Assembly (NCBI GenBank): GCA_016187515.1
Contig: JACPJN010000007.1
Coordinates: 140,336-204,335, forward strand
DNA length: 64,000 bases
Direction: 5' to 3'
Source: Candidatus Uhrbacteria bacterium
GTDB lineage: Bacteria > Patescibacteriota > Patescibacteriia > GWA2-47-26
Shown here: in pieces, positions 57,510-64,000 of the stretch
Layout of the letters: each line of letters opens with the position of its first letter
Numbering within the stretch: the stretch's first letter is position 1
The notes under the pieces: model-generated
Seen by the model: only the letters and a program-made list of their open reading frames with translations
Told to the model about the DNA's origin: nothing
Database searches by the model: none
Program-made: the position numbers and the translations under genes

Positions 57510-59204
57510 CTACGCAATTATTTCTTGAAGCGATACGCCCTCCTGTAACGATCGGGTAAGTTTCTTATAAGCGTCGCGCGCATCATCCTCATTGTAGGTC
57601 CTGATACATTGCTGAATTTCCTCACGATTGTATGCGTGGGGAAGGCCAATACTTTTAAGAACACCTAAGCGATCAATGCCCATGCCAAAGGTAATAATTG
57701 GGATGCCGGAAGCGACTGCCTCAAGAATCCCTGTAGTCGCGCCCATAATAACAAGATCACATCCGAAAAAACGGTCCTGTTTATACGCCTCTACAGTATG
57801 CAGCTTAAATTCCATTTCCAGTTCGTCTTGGAGGCGTTGAAATCCTTGATGCTTCGCGTCCATCACCGCCTTGATTGATGAGTGATGAAAAGAAACTAGG
57901 ATATTTTCTCCAGCTACTCCAGCCGTTCTTAATCCGTTATATATTTCTATAAAGTCAACTATCGCGCAGTCTTCCCGGCCCGCCAGGGAAACCCCGTACC
58001 ATTCCGGGATAAAAACAAATACTTTCCACTGCGCGCGGTTGGAAGAAAGTGGACGCAATGGCTGCGACTTATTTTGGAATTGAGGATGGCGGATGGTCAG
58101 CGACGGCCATTTTATTTTTTCAAATTCCTCTTCAGACGAGCAAGACCACGCGAGAACCCGGTCCGGTTGAAATGGAGAGTCAAGCCGTTTTTTCCCAAGA
58201 TAACTCTCCCACACCACGCCATGAGGTAAATAAGCGGTGTCTACTCCCTCTTGCTTTGCCGCGGCGTACAAAAACCGATTAAGGTCATTCTGATCAGTGG
58301 CCCCTACGTAGCATTTCGGCTTCATCACCTTAAATATGTATCTAACACGCTCTACAACCCGATCAAGGATGCGCGCTTTGTAACGATCAAAAAACCGCGT
58401 GAGTATATGATTAATAAGCACGCGCTCGTCAGAAGAAAACAGTGACCAGATTGAATCCTGTATCAGCATTGGTACTCCTGTATCCATGGTATTGTCAAGA
58501 TCAACAAGTGTTTCCGGCTGTGGAATATGTAATATACGCCGGAGTTTCTTTTTTAGCGCGGACAAAAATCCAATTGACCTGGCCAGGCGAAACACTAAAA
58601 AATTCTTTGGCAACTTTGTAAGATTGCCATAAGTCTCAATAAAAACCTTCTGTGGACGAGACAAGCTACTAATTCTCCAACGCAACGCAAAAAACCACCA
58701 CGGATCGTAGGCCCGCGGTATGCCATAAGGCGCCTGACGATATAAAATATTGGTAGTAGTTTGATCAAGTACTCCATTCCCGATCTTGCAAAGTATGTTC
58801 ATTTCTTTGGCCACCGCAACGGTTGCCGCGACCATTTCCACATCCTTATCCGAGGAGATCGTCACGGATGTTGAATTGAACTCGCGCATCATCTTGCGCA
58901 GGCATTCCTTTAACCAGCAGTAACGCGACAGACGCCACTTGACCTGCTGGAGCGCAAGCGGCGCCCATTTCAATCGCGGATTGCTACGAGATTCGTCATG
59001 CAAGCATTGATCAATTTTTTCATGCAGTTCAATATCCATCACCTTACCCTTCTCATTTCCGGGACTAAAATCGCTAAAAAGATAGTTCTCTACACCATCC
59101 CGCTTGAGTCCGTGATATCGAATCGGACACCAGGTTACGATCGCAGTAAATCCATCAAGGGAACAATCCACCTCCCCGCATAAAATAAACAACGCACCGC
59201 TCAT
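57510..59204 (-). CDS. Hypothetical protein, possible GT-B/capsule-synthesis-like
   Basis: Long ORF coupled to the upstream gene; AYLPHG and TTGILEAVASGIP motifs. Confidence 0.65.
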   Translation of the reverse strand: MSGALFILCGEVDCSLDGFTAIVTWCPIRYHGLKRDGVENYLFSDFSPGNEKGKVMDIELHEKIDQCLHDESRSNPRLKWAPLALQQVKWRLSRYCWLKECLRKMMREFNSTSVTISSDKDVEMVAATVAVAKEMNILCKIGNGVLDQTTTNILYRQAPYGIPRAYDPWWFFALRWRISSLSRPQKVFIETYGNLTKLPKNFLVFRLARSIGFLSALKKKLRRILHIPQPETLVDLDNTMDTGVPMLIQDSIWSLFSSDERVLINHILTRFFDRYKARILDRVVERVRYIFKVMKPKCYVGATDQNDLNRFLYAAAKQEGVDTAYLPHGVVWESYLGKKRLDSPFQPDRVLAWSCSSEEEFEKIKWPSLTIRHPQFQNKSQPLRPLSSNRAQWKVFVFIPEWYGVSLAGREDCAIVDFIEIYNGLRTAGVAGENILVSFHHSSIKAVMDAKHQGFQRLQDELEMEFKLHTVEAYKQDRFFGCDLVIMGATTGILEAVASGIPIITFGMGIDRLGVLKSIGLPHAYNREEIQQCIRTYNEDDARDAYKKLTRSLQEGVSLQEIIA

Positions 59205-60967
59205 AATTGATATATTTGTATCTCTTTATCCTCGTATATTTTTCTTAGCTTCGGATTTTGAATTACTGGATCTTCAGCGCCAAGCGCTTTTTCATTTGGT
59301 CCAAAATACACATAATCTAATTTAAATGGCGGGTTGTTGATGTCCATATCTCTATAGCGCACAATTTTTTCCTCAAACACCTCCGGTGGAACTTCTTGCG
59401 AATTTCCGGCTTGGAAGTAACTGTTTAGTTCTTCGGAATAAAACATATTGTGAAAAAGATAAAGTCCCATTTCGCTATCTTCCGTAAGCAATCCCTTTAA
59501 CTTATGCTCCGGCACATTGTATAGGTGCGCTAGATAGAAAAACCTTTGCCAAATTTCTTCGTTGGGGGCAATAGTATTTAATCCGTAGGGAAGAAACAGT
59601 TTAGTATTGGTATACAATTGAAGATCAAGGTTGGTTACAGGCGATATAACACCCACTACCGTGCCCTTTTTAAAATTATCCTTCATCCAACGATAACTTG
59701 CCGCACCATGTTTTGGCATAAGATGCTGTGCGCGGGTAACTTCCGCCCCCTTAAACGCATCATGCGTTTGTCCGCGCTCCCCCACTTTGACCAAATAATA
59801 CCCCTCCACGGAAAAAAGCAACATAAGAAGCAAAACACCGCTGACAATCCACCACCGCATGGAAATGCGTTTCAAATAGCGCTCATGCACTGCGAGCGCG
59901 ATCACGGCCAGTGCCCCATACAGGAATGGCAATAATGGACGCGCCCAGTGATCAGGTTGGGGTACCACCCCGGTAATCACCTGCAGATTAAGTGTTACAA
60001 AAATAGGCAAAATAAAAGCCAGAAGATAGGCGGTGGTTTGCGTATCGCGTTTTCGCCATAGCCAAGAGAGTAACGCGGATATCACCGCAACGCGCGCATA
60101 AATACCCCAGGTGAAGAAACGCAATCCATGGGATCGCTCAACTCCCACGCGGGTAACTAGATCCTGATATTGCGGCAAATGTGTGAGATCCCAAAAATTC
60201 ATCCAATAGCCGATTGAAACCGCAAGCCCGATGGCAATAATTGAACCGATAATTTTCGCGTCCTTATACGCGCGCGTTAAAATAAACCCCGCTAAAAGAA
60301 AACCAAGTCCGGTATAAAAGGTTACCCACTCATACAGATCCGTAAAAAAAAGCGCTCCGGCAAAAATGCCAGCCAACCCAATCATCAGATTACGCTTCCC
60401 CGTAAACGCAAGATAGGTGAAAATGGCGGCTAAAAGGTAAAATGGCATGGTCAGCTTTGGCCAATCAATGTGGTCAAAAGGAAAACTAAAAATCGGAGGT
60501 ATAATATTGTCCGTGAATTGCCAAAATGGCAACCCTGGCCCAAAAATAAAAAAACAAGCCGCCACCAGCGCAACCAATTTTCTTTTTGTCAATAAACTAA
60601 TAAACCAATAAAATAATAAAAATATCCCGGCTGGAAAAACAAAATCAGAAACCACCATTCCCATTTTCATGGAGCCGAACAATTTTGCAAAATTCCCCAT
60701 GATTATGGGACTGATGATGGACATCCAAGCAGGGCTGGCAACATATTCCGCAACATTAAAATCACCCACCAGCAAATCCCCCTCAAACACCGCTTTTGCC
60801 CGCGGGTAATACGTGGCCGCGGCGTCAAAATCAGATGCAATTGTAATCGGTTCGTACGAATCAAATCCTAACTTATTAATCTGCAAAATGTGGCCCCTAC
60901 CGTAAATCACACTTACCGCTATGGCCAGTACAATCAAAGCCCGATATTTCTTTAGCAACATATACAA
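59201..60967 (-). CDS. Multi-pass membrane protein, probable GT-C glycosyltransferase
   Basis: Acidic loop SDFD..TYYPR after TM1, ~12 TM segments, soluble C-domain; divergent from gtrAB. Confidence 0.65.
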   Translation of the reverse strand: MYMLLKKYRALIVLAIAVSVIYGRGHILQINKLGFDSYEPITIASDFDAAATYYPRAKAVFEGDLLVGDFNVAEYVASPAWMSIISPIIMGNFAKLFGSMKMGMVVSDFVFPAGIFLLFYWFISLLTKRKLVALVAACFFIFGPGLPFWQFTDNIIPPIFSFPFDHIDWPKLTMPFYLLAAIFTYLAFTGKRNLMIGLAGIFAGALFFTDLYEWVTFYTGLGFLLAGFILTRAYKDAKIIGSIIAIGLAVSIGYWMNFWDLTHLPQYQDLVTRVGVERSHGLRFFTWGIYARVAVISALLSWLWRKRDTQTTAYLLAFILPIFVTLNLQVITGVVPQPDHWARPLLPFLYGALAVIALAVHERYLKRISMRWWIVSGVLLLMLLFSVEGYYLVKVGERGQTHDAFKGAEVTRAQHLMPKHGAASYRWMKDNFKKGTVVGVISPVTNLDLQLYTNTKLFLPYGLNTIAPNEEIWQRFFYLAHLYNVPEHKLKGLLTEDSEMGLYLFHNMFYSEELNSYFQAGNSQEVPPEVFEEKIVRYRDMDINNPPFKLDYVYFGPNEKALGAEDPVIQNPKLRKIYEDKEIQIYQL

Positions 60968-61025
60968 TGATACCTTCTAAAATTAGAGAATAAGTATCTC
61001 AACAGATAGTACAACAAGATCGGGG

Positions 61026-61054
61026 TTGACGCAAGAATGCCCTGCTGGTACGAT
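61026..61054 (+). promoter_or_regulatory. Sigma70-type promoter
   Basis: TTGACG, 17 bp, TGg-TACGAT. Confidence 0.6.
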
Positions 61055-61065
61055 AGAGCTATTCT

Positions 61066-61542
61066 ATGGCTAATGCACGGCATCATCCTTATCTGGAGTA
61101 CCTATTGATCAAACTTCCTTGGTTTGAAAAATTCCCCACCCACTTTATTTTTTTCGCATTTTTCGGAGGGATTGCGACTGCAGTGGATTGGAGCGTATTC
61201 TATGTAACTCATCTGCGGCTTGGCTGGCACTATCTTCAAAGCGTGACCTTGACCTTCATTTTGGGCACACTGATAAGTTTTTCCGGCAATAAGTATCTTA
61301 ATTTCCAAGATTCCTCAAAAAAAATAATCCGTCAATATGTAATATTTGCCTCTTTGGCGGCAGTAGGTCTACTGATCACTTACGGACTGCTTACAATATT
61401 TATTGAGTATCTGCACTTGCACGCGATGGTCGCTCGCGCCATTTCAACCTTCATCGTGCTTTTCTACAACTACTTTTCGCAAAAACACATTACTTTCAAT
61501 AAACGATTCACTCATAACCCCTCCCCCCTCCCCTTACCTTAA
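61066..61542 (+). CDS. gtrA: GtrA-family flippase
   Basis: FGGIATAVD, four TM segments, NKYLNF and NYFSQKHITF. Confidence 0.9.
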   Translation: MANARHHPYLEYLLIKLPWFEKFPTHFIFFAFFGGIATAVDWSVFYVTHLRLGWHYLQSVTLTFILGTLISFSGNKYLNFQDSSKKIIRQYVIFASLAAVGLLITYGLLTIFIEYLHLHAMVARAISTFIVLFYNYFSQKHITFNKRFTHNPSPLPLP

Positions 61543-61551
61543 GGGGAGGAG
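61513..61551. repeat. CCCCT/AGGGG element containing the gtrA stop codon
   Basis: CATAACCCCTCCCC-CCTCCCCTTA-CCT-TAAGGGGAGG. Confidence 0.75.
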
Positions 61552-61562
61552 AATGATGGAGT

Positions 61563-62504
61563 ATGTCTACCATATCTTTGGTCCTGCCGGTCTACAACGA
61601 GGAAGAAAACTTGCCCAAACTTTTTGCTGAACTACAGAAATTGATTGCTAAACTTCCAAACGAAGAGGTGGAGCTGATTTTTGTTGATGATGGAAGCCAC
61701 GACCGATCGTATGAAATCCTAACGGGATTTGCACAACAATATCCATTTGTAAAAACAGTCAGCTTTTCTAGAAATTTTGGTCATCAAATTGCTTTTACTG
61801 CCGGCATTGATCATGCAACAGGAGACGCGGTAATTGTCCTGGACTCTGACCTGCAAGATCCGCCGGAAGTTGCGCTCCAGATGATTGAACAATGGCGCGG
61901 CGGTGCAGCGGTAATCTATGCCAAACGCCGCAAACGTCCGGAAGATGAGAGTTGGCTTAAAAAAACCACCGCGCATTGGTATTACCGGATCCTTAATCGC
62001 CTTTCCGATATTCCGATTCCAACCGATACCGGGGATTTCCGATTGATGGATAGAAAAGTAGTGGAGGAACTGAAACGCTGTCGGGAGCACAGTCGCTACA
62101 TGCGCGGTCTTACCTCTTTTGTAGGATTTCCGCAGACAGCCATATTCTATGATCGTCATGAGCGGTTCGCCGGGAAACCAAAATATAAATTATTCAAGCA
62201 ATCATTGAAACTGGCCCTTGACGGCTTAACTGGATTTTCTGCAAAACCACTACGACTGATCTCTTATATTGGATTTGTTACCGCATTGCTAAGTTTCTTG
62301 GGTATCATATATGCAATTTTTATGAAAATATTTTTCCCCGAGATTACCGTATCTGGTTTTACCTTAACCATCATTGCAATATTTTTCATTGGAGGCATGC
62401 AAATGCTTATCTTGGGGATCATCGGCGAGTATATCGGCCGTATTTATATCGAAGCGCAAAATCGCCCGCTCTACATTGTAAAGCATAAAATGAATTTGGA
62501 TTAA
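61563..62504 (+). CDS. GtrB/CsbB-like bactoprenol glycosyltransferase (GT2)
   Basis: PVYNEE, FSRNFGHQ, DSDLQDPP, DTGDFRL, two C-terminal TM segments and GEYIGRIY. Confidence 0.93.
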   Translation: MSTISLVLPVYNEEENLPKLFAELQKLIAKLPNEEVELIFVDDGSHDRSYEILTGFAQQYPFVKTVSFSRNFGHQIAFTAGIDHATGDAVIVLDSDLQDPPEVALQMIEQWRGGAAVIYAKRRKRPEDESWLKKTTAHWYYRILNRLSDIPIPTDTGDFRLMDRKVVEELKRCREHSRYMRGLTSFVGFPQTAIFYDRHERFAGKPKYKLFKQSLKLALDGLTGFSAKPLRLISYIGFVTALLSFLGIIYAIFMKIFFPEITVSGFTLTIIAIFFIGGMQMLILGIIGEYIGRIYIEAQNRPLYIVKHKMNLD

Positions 62505-62516
62505 ATCCTGCCGCTT

Positions 62517-63836
62517 ATGCCTAAACGGATTGCCGTAATTGGCGGCGGATTTACCGGGCTGGTTGCCGCCTATGAGCTTGGGAAGCGCGGTTGCCAGGTT
62601 GCGCTTTTTGAGCGCGGCGATTATCTTGGGGGCTTGGCCAGCGGCTTTGCTATTGAAGACCATCCGCTGGAAAAGGCCTATCATCATCTGTTTACCACGG
62701 ATTCCGCCATGCTTGCGCTGGTCCATGAGCTGGGGCTGGACTTTGAGCTGATCATGTGCGCTGATTCCAAAGCGCTCTACCATGCCGGACGCCTGTATCC
62801 CTTTACTACCCCTTTTGACCTATTGCATTTTACGCCGCTTTCTTTTTTTAACCGCCTGCGCTTCGGATTTGTAACCTTGTATCTTACCCATGCGCCGAAT
62901 TGGCAGCGTTTTATTCCCATCCCGGCCGCCGCATGGCTTAAAAAATGGTATGGCGCGCAGGCCTATGCGATCGTCTGGGAACCACTCTTAAAAGGAAAAT
63001 TTCACAATCACTATACGGATGTTTCCATGGCTTGGCTTTGGGCGCGGATTAACTCCCGCGGAAATTCAAAAGACCAGGGAAGGGAACGCGTAATCTATTT
63101 CAGGCATGGCTTTGCCGTCGTCGTGAAAGCGCTTACGCGCAAACTCAAAGAGCTTGGCGTAGACATTAAATACCAAACGCAAATTACCGCGGTTACTTCG
63201 TCAACCGTGCCGACAATCACATTTACGGACGGTACAAGCGAATCATTTGACCGGATTATCTGCACTACCCCAAGCCATGTGTTTGCTCGCCTTATTGAAA
63301 CCGATGCGCATGCATCGGAGGAATATCTTGCGCAGTTAAACAGCATTAACTATCTTGGAGCAGTGCTCATTATATTTTCCTCATCCCAATCATTAAGTAA
63401 ATACTTTTGGCACAATCTTAATGACCCGGCCTCTCCCTTTCTGGTATTTTTACAGCATACCAATCTGGTGGACCCGGCCTGGTACAACGGCAAGCATATT
63501 TATTATCTGGGCGCGTATTTGTCCCATGAGCATGCGTTTTTCCGCAATAGTGACCAAGAAGTGGCAAGCGAAGGATTTGACTATATTAAAAAACTCTTTC
63601 CTTCTTTTAAAAAAGAAGCGGTGCGGCAGATGCAGGTGTTCCGTTTTCCCAATGCCCAGCACATTGTAGATACAGATTATACAAAAAAAATACCGGACTA
63701 TAAGACCCCGCTTCCCGGAATCTATCTCGCTAACTTTTCCCAAATTTTCCCGGAAGACCGCGGCACCAATTTTGCGGTGCGGGAAGGCATAAAAATCGCC
63801 AAACTCGTCTGCGCTGATCTACGGCCTCTTCTTTAG
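62517..63836 (+). CDS. FAD-dependent oxidoreductase (amine oxidase/HemY-like fold)
   Basis: IGGGFTGL..E, LEKAYHH and QIFPEDRGTN. Confidence 0.88.
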   Translation: MPKRIAVIGGGFTGLVAAYELGKRGCQVALFERGDYLGGLASGFAIEDHPLEKAYHHLFTTDSAMLALVHELGLDFELIMCADSKALYHAGRLYPFTTPFDLLHFTPLSFFNRLRFGFVTLYLTHAPNWQRFIPIPAAAWLKKWYGAQAYAIVWEPLLKGKFHNHYTDVSMAWLWARINSRGNSKDQGRERVIYFRHGFAVVVKALTRKLKELGVDIKYQTQITAVTSSTVPTITFTDGTSESFDRIICTTPSHVFARLIETDAHASEEYLAQLNSINYLGAVLIIFSSSQSLSKYFWHNLNDPASPFLVFLQHTNLVDPAWYNGKHIYYLGAYLSHEHAFFRNSDQEVASEGFDYIKKLFPSFKKEAVRQMQVFRFPNAQHIVDTDYTKKIPDYKTPLPGIYLANFSQIFPEDRGTNFAVREGIKIAKLVCADLRPLL

Positions 63837-63851
63837 TATACTTCTCCTGTT

Positions 63852-63998
63852 TTATACCCTTCCATTCGGACTGCCCAAAATTACCTGACTCTTAATATTC
63901 CCCCACGTCCAGCGTGCCGCATAGCGCTCTTCATATGACGCGGTGCTCGCGATCATTTTCCGAAAATTTCTATACATCGCTTCTTTTCCGCGCGCATC
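63852..63998 (-). CDS. C-terminal end of a gene entering from the right edge
   Basis: Open frame DARGKEAMYRNFRKMIASTASYEERYAARWTWGNIKSQVILGSPNGRV*. Confidence 0.45.
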   Translation of the reverse strand, partial: DARGKEAMYRNFRKMIASTASYEERYAARWTWGNIKSQVILGSPNGRV

Positions 63999-64000
63999 GG

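Noticed and set aside
6123-61551. Diversity-generating retroelement, integron or IS as the explanation for the repeats
   Set aside because: No reverse transcriptase, integrase or transposase and no TR/VR pair or attC array seen in the window.

Overview
Bacterial genomic window, most likely from a CPR/Patescibacteria (Parcubacteria-like) organism. That assignment is inferred from the split comEC, the PaaX/Cas2-like regulator, few Shine-Dalgarno sites, a CPR-type surface-protein C-terminus and the repeat families; TGA is used as a stop. Positions 1-5.1 kb hold ndk flanked by two promoter-driven, strongly structured non-coding transcripts. They also hold a split comEC locus whose halves are separated by a PaaX/Cas2-like regulator bracketed by two perfect 32-34 bp palindromes with a shared core. 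From about 5 kb to the end is a ~59 kb surface-glycan region with a Wzx/Wzy/Wzz-like set, a WecA-like initiator, many GT2/GT4 enzymes and three GT-C-like membrane proteins with polyprenyl-phosphate sugar synthases. Embedded in it are a complete 2-aminoethylphosphonate pathway (pepM, ppd, AEP transaminase, two cytidylyltransferase domains), an inverted cassette with an antibiotic-type NDP-hexose 2,3-dehydratase, an acyl/amide tailoring block, and a non-glycan island (MFS, MntA-HepT, HAD, unknown protein, EEP). At least three families of short palindromic or tandem repeats occur both between genes and in frame inside at least eight genes, and some copies supply start codons, stop codons or RBS. 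No rRNA, tRNA, CRISPR array or transposase was seen. All calls come from reading motifs by eye; no database search was run.
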